Shown in pieces: positions 13,342-26,276 of a stretch of DNA of 64,000 nucleotides. Position numbers and translations under genes: made by a program. Source of the DNA: Heptranchias perlo (taxonomy: Eukaryota). The stretch is taken from positions 18,600,001 through 18,664,000 of the forward strand of contig NC_090348.1 in the NCBI RefSeq assembly GCF_035084215.1. Reading direction: 5' to 3'. Each line of letters opens with the position of its first letter. The first letter of the stretch is position 1. The notes below the pieces were generated by a model. The model saw nothing but the letters and a program-made list of their open reading frames with translations. It had not been told where the DNA came from and ran no database searches.

Positions 13342-13905
13342 ACAACAAAAACTTGCATTTATATAGCATCTTTAATGTAGTAAAACGTCCCTTCACAGGA
13401 GCGTTATCAAACAAAATTTGACACCGAGCTACATAAGGTGATATTAGGATAGGTAACCAAAAGCTTGGCCAAAGAGGTAGATATTAAGAAGTGTCTTAAA
13501 AAAAAGAGAGGTAGAGAGGCAGAGATTTAGGGAGGGAATTCCGGAACTTAAGGCCTAGGCAGCTGAAGGCACGTCTGCCATTGGTGCAGCAATGAAAATC
13601 GGGGATGCGCAAGAGGCCAGAATTGGAGGAGCACAGAGATCTTGGAGGGTTGTAGGGCTGGAACAGGTTACAGAGATAGGGAGGAGTGAGACCATGGAGG
13701 GATTTGAAAACAAGGACCGGGAGCCAATGTAGATGAGCAAGCACAGGGGTAATGAGTGAACAGGACTTTTAAAGAGCAGCAGAATTTTGAATGAGCTCAA
13801 GTTTACGGAGGGTGCAAGGTGAGAGGCTGGCCAGTAGAGCATTGGAATAGTCGGGTCTAGAGGTAACAAAGGTATGGATGAGGGTTTCAGCAGATGAGCT
13901 GAGGC
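13342..13905 (-). mobile_element. L2 LINE 3' fragment
   Basis: Minus-strand peptide LAHLHWLPV..LVFKSLHGLTPPYLCNL..GRRAFSCLG..NSLPKSL (L2 ORF2 C-terminus). Tail gctatataaatgcaagttt. Confidence 0.85.
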
Positions 13906-14479
13906 ATCTCCTCATCATATCTCCCATCATTAGCATCCTATCAACATGTTCCTGGCATCCAGGAATGCTATAGCGGCAAGAGAATTTAAAAATTGACGGG
14001 CTGCCTTTCCTTAGCCAAAGGCTAAGGTGTCATTTATAAAAAAAAATTTAGAAGTGCTGAAAATCAGTGTTATGCATTTAAAACCACAGAATACCAAATT
14101 TGCACAAAATAGCTAGAATCACAGTCAGTATTTTTAAAGTTCTATGTAGTTAATTTTTTAAAAAACATCAAGCTTAAAAAGACCTTTAAGTAATTGCAAT
14201 AAATCTCAAAATATAATGTTATTACTGTTGTTTTACAGTGCCTATACTTGTTAAAAATAAATGCAAACATTACAGACAATTGAGAAAGACCACGTACTAT
14301 TTCCTCTATCATGAGCTCTACCCAACCAATTAAATCTCCTCGGGGATACAAGCAACCACACACAAGACCTTCCAGAAAAAGTTTTTATGAAATTACTCCC
14401 TGACCCCAAAAATAATCAAGTAAAACTTCAACACATCAAACTAATGTTACAATCTATATTATTCAACACTAATTAGTTA

Positions 14480-16960
14480 GGATCACAGATAAGATTTCTA
14501 AGGTTCCAGCAGCAGAGCAACCATTGTTTTCCATATAATATTTAATCAGTTATAGCTGTTTGTTCTGATATACTCAATCCCAGTCTTAACCAGATATTTA
14601 TCCAGCTCTATTTTAAAGGAGTTGATTAACACACCATTAGTCGCTTTTGCTGGAAGTCCGTTTCACATTTCTGATGGGAAAAAAACTTCCAATTTCAAGT
14701 CTTGCTTAAGGCTTGTCAATTTTGTACTCTGCTCATTCAGGGTCCGAGTTAAATAATGTTTTTATATCTCCATTATCCATGCCTCAGCATTTTAAAGATC
14801 AGGTCATGCCACTTTCTCAATCTTCTTTTGCAACAAAGAAAAATTCAGTTTTATGAATTTTTTCTTCATAATTTGGAGTCTTAAGTTTAGAATTAGCCTT
14901 CCCAACTCCCTCTGAAATTTCTTCAATGATTGATTGTACTTTTGAAAGTAGGGTGAAAATATATTCAGTTCTGTAAGTCTCTCCTAGGGTTATATTTTCG
15001 GAATTTAGACGATGAAGGCATTATTTGATCAAAGTTTAAGATATTAAGGGGAATTGATAGGGTAGATAGAGAGAAACTATTTCTGCTGGTTGGGGAGTCT
15101 AGGACTAAGGGACATAGCCTAAAAATTAGAACCAGGACTTTCAGGAGTGAAGTTAGGAAACACTTCTACACGCAAAGGGTGGTAAATGTTTGGAACTCTC
15201 TTCCACAAACTGCAGTTGATGCTAGCTCAATTGTTAACTGTAAATCTGAGATTGATAGATTTTTGTTAACCAAAAGGTATTAGGGATATGGGGCTAAGGC
15301 GGTATACGGAGTTAGGTCACAGATCAGCCATGATCTCACTGAATGGCGGACGGGCTCGAGGGGCTAAATGGCCTACTCCTGTTCCTACGTTCCTCATAAC
15401 AAGTTCCAAGATCATTCTTTTTGTTCTTCTCTGAACTCTCAATGTATCAACATACTTTTGAAGGTAGAGTGCTCAATATTACATATAAGGGTAAATTCTG
15501 CTATTTGCACTCCTGGTAGGCATATCAGCAGTTGGTTGGGGAGCTCTACAGTCTGCAGGATTTTCCATCCAGGAGCATAAATTTGTAAAACAGTGCATTT
15601 GATGTTTCCTGAGCAATTAGTCATACACGGCTAGACTATAGGATTGATTTCCAGTCAAATACGTTTGAGATATACCTCAATAATTGATCACCCTTCCTTG
15701 AAAACACTTTGCCATTCACCGATATTTTATATAAGTGGTTAATGATCACATCAGGATCCTTTTTCTCCTTTCATAAAGGAGATTTTGTTGCATCGTTTGA
15801 ATATTAGTTTCTGTGGCCAACCCCCCGTCCTTTAATTTTCAATTATGTCTTTCCTGTAGCAGAAGCATCTGGTCGTGTACTCCTGTGGGAATGGGCTTCA
15901 TCAAAGCATTTAAAATGAAAACCTCCCTCAAGTACTATGTTCCAGTGTGCATTACCTCCCATAAAATCTATCATTTTTTAGTCCATCCACTTAGCTTGTC
16001 CAGATTGCTCAGTGAGCAATATAGCTAGTTACCATCAGTAAGTTTTAGAATAACTGTAGAAGAATATTCCAGTACATCATATATGAATATGATAAACAGC
16101 AAAGGATTCAGAACAGACCGCTGTGAAACTCATCATTTTCTTCTAGATAGGCCCTTTTCAATAAATCACTACATACTGCCTTTTACTCCCAAATCACTTT
16201 CCAGTCCAGTTATACAATTATTAATTCCATGAGCCTTAACTCATATGCCAAGTTCCTTCCGAAAAAACAGGAAAACCCACGTTTAAAGCCACTTTTATAC
16301 TGATCTTTAGCCATTGGTTCATGGAGCCCAGGTCACCTGTTGCAGGCAGCCAGCTGAAGGCAGAACTGCCAGACCATTGAAGACTCATTTTTCACTGGGT
16401 TTTAGACACTACCAGCAGGTTAAACCTTGCCACTAAAAGTGCTGCCAACTGGAAGCATTTTCAGAATGACCCTGCATTTTATCACACAACATTAATTTAT
16501 ATTGCGCATGTGGGTAATTTATCGTGGCAACCCTGCTCACGTGCAACCACTCTGGGATGCGTTTTGATACCAGTTCAATAGGAGACTGGTGGTGTAAGTG
16601 CAGTGTAAATTCAGGAGAACGATGGTCCTCGGCTGCACACCCAAGAGCCAGCCTGTTGCATAAAAACGCCTTAATAAAAAGGGAACAGTATTTTATGGGC
16701 CTCTATCAACAATGAAGAGGTCATATAAAGTAGAAAGCATAATTTCAGAAGCAGTAAATTATGTTTCACGAACCTCTTCAATTGTTTGAGGAGCTAATGA
16801 AATTAGTTCAGATGTCACGAATAAAATTTTCTAAAAAGGTAGCAACAGTTTGTACTCTTGTTAAAGAGGAAGACTCATCATTATCACCCTTTCCAAAAAT
16901 CAAAAAGGTTCACAGAATAATAACAAACACCTTTTTCTTGTTCTCATCCCTGTTGATTTT
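14480..16960 (-). mobile_element. Old, highly decayed CR1-like LINE, interrupted by younger inserts
   Basis: Minus strand near 16075-16135 reads VSQRSVLNPLLFIIFIYDVL ([10 protein letters not shown] motif). Near 16800-16900 it reads IFGKGD..FLENFIRD. 3' end remnants around 14500-14700. Confidence 0.5.
15027..15394 (+). mobile_element. CR1 3' end fragment
   Basis: Similar to the 3' ends of the CR1 copies at 2570-2945 and 21820-22200 (gatcagccatgatctc..gaatggcgg..tggcctactcctgttcct). Confidence 0.85.
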
Positions 16961-17636
16961 TGATTCTGGTTTTAAACAGTAAATGAAGACATCAAAAGTA
17001 CTAGCTTAAACTAGATGCCGAAGCTATAGTGTTGAAGAGCTGAGTTTACATCAGTCAGTAGAGATAATCGTTAATTTAAGGGTGCTTCAGCATTGACCAA
17101 CATTGAATGTTAATTTAGCTCCCTGCAATATAAAGCTCAGAAACTCTGCCATGCCAGGATCCTCCAATAATGTTATCAGCACTCAATGTGGGAACAAAAA
17201 TAGTCATCAAATTTACAGAACAAGATAATTTTACAATTAATCACAATTCATTGCAATAGCTTGATTTAATAGGAATCATAGTGGTGAAACCTTTTCTTTG
17301 AGCATCATCTGACCTGCTCTTCACTGGTGCGTATAAATACACTCGCACACTTGACCAGATTGCAAGAACATTTGAATTTTTATTTGAGTACACCAAGTTA
17401 GTTTAGAAATGGATCCAAGTAATTATCGAGCCATTTTAGTTATGAGCTCAATATTGCATTCAGTTCATATATATGGGTGACATGGTTGACCATCTTTAGT
17501 GTCAGTGATTATTTGAAAAGTGTAACTGCAGGATAGATCTATCATTATGCTGGTGTGGATTTGTACATCTTCAGAGGATCAATGAGTGATGCTGGAACAG
17601 GTGTACTGCCAACAGTTCCCAATTTCAATGAACCAC

Positions 17637-17775
17637 GGTGTCAGCCTTGGCTCAGTGGTAGCACTGATTAAGAAGGTTGTGGGTTCAAGTCCCACTCCAG
17701 AGACTTGACCACATAATCTAGGCTAAGACTCCACTGCAGTACTGAGGGAGCACTTTGGGACATCTTAAGGTCTTT
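17637..17775 (+). mobile_element. SINE fragment (head joined to tail)
   Basis: tggctcagtggtagcact..gggttcaagtcccactccagagacttg. Confidence 0.7.
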
Positions 17776-18029
17776 CATCTTTCCTTGTTGCATCTCACAC
17801 TCAAATAGAACTGCCAATCAAACATTTACTGTCAGAAAATCCACAGGAAGCCTGTGTTTGTATTGAACGTTTTCGCTCCTTCTTGGAAGGAAATAAATCA
17901 GTTTCAAAAACTTTGGACAAACAGATATTTTCCTACCTGCAAATGACAGCCACTTATTAGCTACTGAAACAATCAAATTGTTACCCATCAGGAAGAGCAC
18001 ATTGAACAGGTAAACATGGATTGCAATTG

Positions 18030-18160
18030 AAGTCATTTACCCACGTTTGAAATATTGACTTGTCGCTTCTCTCCACAGATGCGGTGTGACTTACTGAATG
18101 TTTCTAGCATTTTCTGTTTTTGTTTCAGATTTCCAGCATCTGCAATATTATGTTTTTTGT
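18030..18160 (+). mobile_element. Degenerate Penelope-like terminal repeat
   Basis: ctctccacagatgc..gcattttctgtttttgtttcagatttccagcatctgca resembles a recalled shark Penelope pLTR. The hammerhead core is eroded. Confidence 0.5.
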
Positions 18161-18399
18161 TACGCAAGTATGTGTCCTTGAGCAATCATTTGTTCTCAGG
18201 TTGTGGTGTATATTAAACAGTTAGGCCCATTTTTCTATAAATGAATCTGGTTTTAATGCTATAAGTACTGTGACAACAAAGAAAGAAACCAATAACATAA
18301 TAAATCACAGGTAAAAATGCTTCATTTTTGTCACAGCAAACCCTCAACTAATACCTGTCAGCTATAAACTGGTATCTTCCTCCTTTGCTGTCCATGGCT

Positions 18400-19250
18400 A
18401 TAAGAAGTCCTACTCACTGAAATCTTACATGGTTTTCCGGATTTTAGTCATATATCCTAAGAGGTTCCAGATGAACATAGAATGATGATTGTTGTGCCCA
18501 TGAATGGGCTGGGACATGTTTAGTGTGGATGATGTTGAGCTCAGATAGTGTCTGGGATTGTTCTAAATTCTTTGACATTCATAGTTTAATACTTGGTAGA
18601 ACACCTTCATATTTATTTAAACCCTGTTACAAGTCACTTCCAGTTTACCAGCTTTACAAGGATTTAAATTTCTTTCTACAGTCTATAAGGTTTTTGAAAA
18701 TCTTAAATAGAAAATTACTAAGGTAAACGTGTGACTGAACTCAATAGAATTCAAATTGAAAATTTGTTCCTTATCCCACCCCTAATCCTGTGATTTTATT
18801 AATTCCATAGAGAAAATTCACGTTATGGATTGCAGTAGGAAAAACAGAGAAGTACGCATAACATTTTTCTTGCTGACCTGACCCTAACCTCCCAATACTC
18901 AGGTTCTTTTTTGGTTTCATATTCTGCAAGGTTTTAGTTTTCATTGTATAATCCTGCTAACCATCAGTAACTGCAAATGTTAGCACAAATGCCTGGCTTC
19001 TCTAAATCCTTTTTAATATGTACACCCTGTGAAACAATTTGCCTTTGCACAAGTTTCTGCATCATTGACAAATTTAGGTGCCTGGCTTTTAGTAACCTCA
19101 TCAGGGTTTATATAAAAAAAACAGTGGGATGCTTAATATTCCTGGAAATTACCTAGTCTTTGATCCCCAAAGTGAAAATTCCTCATTGATTCTTGTATAT
19201 TCTTAAATGTATATTTTCTTGGTGAGATCCTATGCTTGACCTAATCTGCT
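18400..19250 (-). mobile_element. Very old CR1-like fragment
   Basis: Minus strand KFVNDAET (~19060, KFADD-like), preceded by a degenerate GVPQG..YIND-like segment (~19100-19155). Confidence 0.35.
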
Positions 19251-19359
19251 ATCATTAAGATTTAGATGCAAAATAACATGCAAGCTCGTGGAGATCCTAT
19301 ATGTGAATTGGCCCACCCATAGACCCTATCTGAGAACTAGTTGTTAGCTCGAGTATTAT

Positions 19360-22310
19360 GAAGGTGAATTTTCCAAAATGGGTACTGTGGAGACGACAGA
19401 GCAGAGAGTTTAGTGTTCGCCAATATTACACTGGGCCAACCTCACAGGATCTCCTGTCTAATTACTTATTTATTGTCAACATATTGAGCCTAGCACTGGG
19501 AGTTCAACAAAATTCTGGGCCAAATTACAAGAGTGAGCTGAAGGGCTGCAGCCAAAAATAATGCAGCACCCAAACCCCCAGACAGCATGGGTGTGAGAAA
19601 GGTTGCCTTGTTTGCTACTCCAGATCATCTTTCCTAAAGGACCGCAGAGCAACATGCCTGGCAGCATGTGATGGCCAAGGTCACTGCTGTGTCAAGTACC
19701 CACATGAGCTGGGAATAGATGCACCTTAAGGGAACTGCCATGTCAAGATTACCCAATAGTGCCATTTACCATTGGATGGCTCAAGTATGCATGCCACAAA
19801 GTCACCCTGTTTCACATTAATTACTGTCCCAATTTTGCTTATAGCGCTCTCATTGCTCATGATGCATGTTCATACATTAGCAGGTCATACTTTAAAGCTT
19901 TAACTGACAAGCTTGGCATATGCACATCTTCAAAGGGTTTCACACATAAAATCACTAACACTTGCATGATCACGCATGGACACAAAGGATGGGCTGCAGG
20001 ATAATATTTAATCTGCCAGTGACCCCTCTACTTTGGGGACATATAACAAGGCAATGATTTTGGACCGCCATGTCATGCTGCTGTTTCAGTTCAGTGGGAA
20101 AGGAGATAAAAATGTTAGCTGCGCTGACCTTTGCATCAGTCACTTTCTCGATATATGTGTGCAGTAGAGTGACTGATCTTGCAGATGATCCTTACGGTAG
20201 CGTGGAAGGAGGCAGAGGCAAAAGGTTTGAGTGAGGAGGTGAGCTTGACTGCAGCTTGTAGTGCCGTCCTTATGATGTAAGTTGGCTACAGGTGTCCTTG
20301 CAGCTGATGGCACAGATCTTCAAGAAAATAAATCTTCAACTGGTTCCATGCTGACATGGAGCCTGCCAACACAGTTCCCCATGATCATGGTAGCTAAAGT
20401 AAACATTGGACCCTTAGAGGATGAGACTGGGGAAATAATAATGGAAAACAAGGAAATGGCAGAGGAATTGAACAGATATTTTGTATCTGTCTGCACAGTA
20501 GAAGACACTAATAACATACCTATAATAGTAGAAAATCAAAGGGGAGGGATGGAGGAACTAAAAACCAATCACTATCACTAGAGAAAAAGTACGAGGTAAA
20601 CTAATGGGTCTAAAGGCTGACAAGTCCCCTGGACCTGATGGCTTGCATCCGAGGGTCTTAAAGGAAGTGGCTACAGAGATAGTGGATGCATTGGTTGTAA
20701 TCTTCCAGAATTTACTAGATTCTGGAAAGGTCCCAGCGGATTGGAAAACCGCAAACGTAACACCCCTATTCAAGAAGGGAGTGAGACAGAAAGCAGGTAA
20801 CTATAGACCAATTAGTCTAACATCTGTCATTGGGAAAATGCTAGAATCCATTATTAAGGAAGTCGGAGCAGGACATTTTGAGACTCATAATACAATCAAG
20901 GAGAGTCAACATGGTTTTATGAAGTGGAAATCATGTCTGACAGGTTTATTAGAGTTCTTTGAGGAAGTAATGGGCAGGGTGGATAAAGGGGAACCAATGG
21001 ATGCAGTATATTTGGATTTCCAAAAAGGCATTTGATAAGGTGCCACATGAAAGATTACTGCACAAGATAAGAGCTCATGGTGTTGGGGGTAATATACTGG
21101 CATGGATAGAGGATTGGCTAACTAACAGAAAACAAAGAGTCGGGATAAAATGGTCATTTTCAAAATGGCAATCTGTAATTAGTGGGGTGCCGCAAGGATC
21201 AGTGCTGGGGCCTCAACTATTTACAATATATATCAATGACTTGGATGAAGGAACAGAGTGTCTTGTGGCCAAATTGCTGATGATACAAAGATAGGTGGAA
21301 AAGCAAGTTGCAATGAGGACAAAGTGTCTGCAAAGGAATATTGACAGGTTAAGCTGTTGGGCAAAAAATTGTCAGATGGAATATAATGTGGGAAAACGTG
21401 AAGTCATCCACTTTGGGAGGAAAAATAAAAAAGCAACATATTATTTGAATGGAGAAATACTACAAAACGCTGCGGTACAGAGGGATCTGGGTGTCCTCTT
21501 ACATGAAACACAAAAAGTCAACATACAGGTGCAGCAGGTAACCCGGAACGCAAACGGAATGTTGGCCTTTATTTCCAGGGGATGGAGTATAAAAGCAGGG
21601 AAGTCATGCTACAACTGTAAAGGGTGCTGGTGAGACCACACCTGGAGTACTGCGTACAGTTCTGGTGCCCTTATTTAAGGACGGACATACTTGCATTGGA
21701 GGCAGTTCAGAGAAGGTTCACTAGGTTGATTCCAGGTATGGAAGGGTTGTCTACTGAGGAAAGATTGAACAGGTTGGGTCTATACTCATTGGAGTTTAGA
21801 AGAATGAGAGGAGATCTTATTGAAACATACAAGATTCTGAGGGGACTCAATAGGGTAGATGCTGAGAGGATGTTACCCCTCATGGGGGAATCTAAGACTA
21901 GAGGGCATAGTCTCAGAATAAGGGGTCGCCCAGTTAAGACGGAAATGAGGAGGAATTTCTTCTCCCAGAGGGTCGTGAATCTTTGGAATTCTTTACCCCA
22001 AAAAGCTGTGGAGGCTGAGTCATTGAATACATTTAAGGCTGAGTTAGACAAATTTTTGATCAGTAAGGGAGTCAAAGGATATGGGGAAAGGGCAGGAAAG
22101 TGGAGTTGAGGTAAGTGTCAGATCAGCCATGATCTCATTAAATGGTGGAGCAGGCTCAAGGGGCCGAATGGCCAACTCCTGCTCCTATCTCTTATGATCT
22201 GATTATAGTCTTATCATTCCCGGCTAGATTGTCAATATCTGTAGATGCGGGCAGTCTGGTTTCAATGCCTGCTGATCTCCTTGGCATGGCTTCCTTCATC
22301 TTGTACCACT
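19360..22310 (-). mobile_element. Old Harbinger derivative interrupted by a CR1
   Basis: Minus 20100-20390: MIMGNCVGRLHVSMEPVEDL..LEDLCHQLQGHL*PTYIIRTALQAAVKLTSSLKPFASASFHATVRIICKISHSTAH..KVTDA, which aligns to the transposase N-terminus at 7080-7350. Plus ~19655-19725: AWQHVMAKVTAVSSTHMSWE, a Myb helix. Ends uncertain. Confidence 0.65.
20390..22200 (+). mobile_element. CR1 LINE, 5'-truncated
   Basis: [76 protein letters not shown], followed by a CR1 3' UTR. Confidence 0.95.
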
Positions 22311-23664
22311 TTAACCACAAAATACTGTATTTGGAGAGCATGAAAACCAATCTACATCATTAATTTTAACTTACTCTCTGACTGCCATAGGATTTTTACT
22401 TAGATGCCTTGTCGCTCCTCAAATTTTACATAAAAATGTTACTACAGGATTTGAAATATTCCTACAATCCTTTCTTGTTAATACTAACTAAAGGAATGTA
22501 TTAAATATTGTTAGCCATACCCTAATGTTCTATTACGAGGGGACTTTCTTCATGTATTAGTTATTCTTTAATAGTCACCTTCTTAAATATTACGTACATT
22601 AAAACTGAAATTATGCTGCGAGCTACAAATGTACAAACGCTTAATGCACTCATCTGAAGTTCATCTCTGTATGATTCTGGCAGAGGTGTTGACACATTTA
22701 TTTTAAACAAGCTGGTAGTAGAGAGAAGAATATTAGGTGAATGAGCTGGGCATTCCTACCTATTATCCCACAGCATAATTTCAGAGCCTTAGTGTTTATT
22801 TGTTCAAAAGTCCTTACCAACCTGCTTTTTTATTTCATTTTAAACACCGTACTCATCATTTCTTTTTAAAATTTTATTCTGTGTACAAATACATTTACTT
22901 TTTTGAAACCAACAGCTTATTGGATCAATAAACTTTCTCCCATTGATCCTTTCAACATGTATGGCGTTTCTGCTCGTTTCAAGTGTTCATTTATATTTTA
23001 CTGATGGGCATAGATCTTGAAATTATCCTAATACACATTGGTTTTCAATTGAATAAAACACCTTCAAAATTTTTCCTAAAAATTGTAATTTTCCACGACC
23101 ATTTTCTCTTGTAATTCAAATTTCTAATCAGTTGGCATAAGCAGAAAATAGGAAACCCTGTTTTTACAGACACAGACATTTTCATTATTAAAAGAAGGAA
23201 TTTCACTCCCGAATACAGTACCTATTTAGGTCTCATCTCTAACCATTATTTAAATCAAATACCATGAGCACTTGTATAGAGATATGCCTACTTATAAACA
23301 AATCACTTACTCCTAGGTCAACAGGTTTGAGCTCAAATATATTATGTGATGATGTGATCTGTATAATATGATTGAATTATGTGGTGTTAAGTCTTAAACT
23401 TGCTCTAGGAAAGATTTTTTTTCCACATGGAGATAAACTCATTTGTTCCCAATTTACACCAAGGCAGTTAAAAGTAAATTATCTAAGCTTTCTTTGTGAC
23501 ATGCCTTATTAGCTAAAATATATCTGCTTGGTTAATTTGTGTATGTGATCATTTTGGTTTCTTTAAGTAGTTTTCTTAATTTGTCTAAGATTTCAGGTGA
23601 AGTAGCTCATAACAAATGCTTGGGCATGTCTTCTTGTAGTGTCGTCATGCTCCGCCTATCTTAC

Positions 23665-23830
23665 CTCAGGGGCGATCAAGCTTTTGTCTTAGTGAGCTGC
23701 GTAAGTGTGTATCCTGGTGTCTCAGGGCCATGTATGAAGTTTAAGTCCACGTTCCTGTTCATTTATATACAGTTCAAGTTGCTGATACCACCTGATCTTC
23801 GTGTGCTGATTCAGGATTTATCCGCCAATG
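23665..23830 (-). promoter_or_regulatory. Candidate Pol II core promoter with a ~70 nt first exon
   Basis: On the minus strand: ATTGG (CCAAT box, 23825-23829), TATATAAA (23769-23762), Inr-like TTCATAC (~23735), then donor GAG|gtaaga at 23665/23664. Spacing is canonical. Confidence 0.4.
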
Positions 23831-24795
23831 AGGCAATAGTGCTAAAAACAGTCCTTTGGCAAACCTCCAGACCCACAAAATTCAAACAGGACAAAGTAGG
23901 GAAAAAAAATGTGTGCAATTAGGACAGCTCTGCCTAGGCTTTGAGAGCTGGAATGCAGGGACAGCAGACTGTGCATCCCTGCCCTGTCCTAAACTCAAGT
24001 TAGTTATATCCCTTCTCAACATTTTGCAGCATGCAGTTTCTATTTCTTTAACATCCTCTGGTTTCAGTTAAATATTTTATTGATTAAATTCATTCTCTTC
24101 TATCTGGACAAGCTTCTAATTCTTGTATTTTTTTTCTCCTATGCTCCACCGATCAGCATAAAACATTTATTTTTGTAATGCAAACAAATGATGTGTAAGG
24201 AGTAAAACACTAGAATTAGAAGCTTGGGCAGACAGAGGAATGAGCATAATTGGTCGTGTTTGTGCTTCTCCTGTTTTTTAAATAAACTAATTTATGGTTC
24301 ATTTCAACCACTGTAAGCTAACTAAAGGGCTTTGGTCTCTTCAATCTGACATACACAACACATCTTTCCCACTGTTACAATGAACTTTTACAATGGTAGC
24401 AATGGCAACATTAAATTGGCAACATTTACTTCTGATTTATTTCCTTAGTGATGCAAGCAGAGTTGAATGGTTAGCTTCCTATCTGAAAGCAGACCAAGAT
24501 ACTGCAAGGAAATACACACAGAACTAGACAACAAGCAGACAAATAAATAAATGCTATCTTCAGCAGTGAGATTGCCAAATCAACAATCCTGTTAAGATTG
24601 GCCCCTTGCTGTTTCCCACCACATCTGTTCTGCAAGAGTACCAAATCCTTCAATTCTAAACATTCATCACCATGGCTTTGTAATCACATCTGAATTGTAC
24701 TTGGGTAAACAAGTTCCAAGTTACTCCAAGCTAAAACAGTGATGTCCAAGATATGCCCTTGAGCCAAACTGCAATCCGCAAGGTTCTTTGAATCA

Positions 24796-24985
24796 TTGTA
24801 AACAATTTTACAACACCAAGTTATCGTCCAGCAATTTTATTTTAAATTCACAAGCTTTCGGAGACTTCCTCCTTCCTCAGGTAAATGTTCAGGAATAAAA
24901 TAAAATTGCTGGACTATAACTTGGTGTTGTAAAATTGTTTACAATTGTCAACCCCAGTCCATCACCGGCATCTCCACATCATGAC
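24796..24985. mobile_element. Penelope-like mini-insertion made of two inverted pLTR ends
   Basis: ~50 bp inverted arms (24796-24845 vs 24895-24945, about one mismatch). Same terminus as the Penelope at 47908. Exact 12-bp flanking duplication TTCTTTGAATCA (24784-24795, 24986-24997). Confidence 0.85.
24845..24889 (-). ncRNA. Minimal type I hammerhead ribozyme motif (Penelope-type)
   Basis: Minus strand: auuuac-CUGAGGA-a-GGAG-gaagu-CUCC-GAAA-GCUU-gugaau. Core, stem II and stem I present; palindromic AAGCUU replaces stem III. Confidence 0.65.
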
Positions 24986-25427
24986 TTCTTTGAATCAGCT
25001 CAGGAAGCTGGTGCTGGTTCCCTTCTGCTTTGCATTTGTGCATAAAGCTGACAGAAGCACTTTCAAGCTGTTTAAAGTTCCCACGCCTGGTGGAATGGAA
25101 AAGGCTGCTCTCTGATTGGTGGGTCTTTGACCAATAAGAAAGCCGCCTTTACCAGTCCTCCAGGACTGCAATTTTGAAGAGTTGAAGCATTCTTTCCTGC
25201 TCCTCATGTTACTTTAGTATTTGTCCAGGTGTTCACCATCACCCAGAGAGCAGGATTCAACGGTGTCAAAATTGTCATCAATCAGTGCAATAATCTCAGC
25301 AACATTAGTTTTGACAATGGCAAATTCTGCCCAAAAACCTCTGATTTTAACCAACATCAGGCATCGCAGACTACAGATCTGCAGTGTGGGAAGACGGAAT
25401 TGGCTAATGACAACAAATCAGACAGTG

Positions 25428-26276
25428 TGAAGCACCTAAGAGTTTTGTTGACCGGAGGTCACCGGTTACGGTTATTGGCTTAGTACAAAGAGGAGAAGAG
25501 TCAATTATCTCTTAACTCTCAATTCGCTTTATTCACATCGTTAGATCATATACATATAGCTTATATGTCTGGTTAGATATAGACATGCAGTTTACACCAG
25601 GTTATACAGTTTTATACCCAAACTAGGATCTAAACGCACACCCACTCGGTTTCTCTGACACTCCCTGAGCGGTCACAAAATATAAAGGCTAATACCCGAA
25701 AAGGAGAGTGGACGCTGGCCAGGCATTCCGTTCTCTCTCTCTTTCGACGTCGTCTCTATGTCCCTGACGTAGGTCCTTCCACTTCCACGATGGTTGGTCT
25801 CCGGAGTCTTCGCTCTGGCTCCATGCCCCAGATTCTTCATTCTTATTCCGAATCTTATCTCTTCAAGCTGTGCTGTCTCTCTCTCCCGTTGGTTTAGGCT
25901 TGCTCGCCTAGTCTGTGTCTTCTCCTCATTGGCTCTGTCCCAAGGACTTAGGTAGCATTACCTCATTACTCCTTTTCTAAATAAGGACTTGTGTCTTATC
26001 ACATCTCCTTTGTCTTTCACAAAACTTAGCTAATTCAAACCGGTTCCAGCCAGCTCAGGCCAGCGACTGAACTCAGGTTACTTCAGTTCAAAAGTTGCTT
26101 TTGCCTGTGTGTCAGCAGTTCGGAATCTCAGTAGTTTCTGCTTCCCCTGGCCAACAGTTTCACATTTCATTTTTTTCTTATGGTTTGCACTGACCATTGT
26201 GCTACGCCCTCCCAAAGTTAATTTACATACCCCCTGGTTTAAAACAACATAAACTGGCACAAAAAGACCTAATACG
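25428..26276 (-). mobile_element. Probable solo LTR (ERV-like, ~850 bp)
   Basis: Flanked by AGTG (25424-25427, 26277-26280). Begins TG and ends CG (CA expected). AATAAA on the minus strand near 25530; CpG-richer than its flanks; no ORF. Confidence 0.45.
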
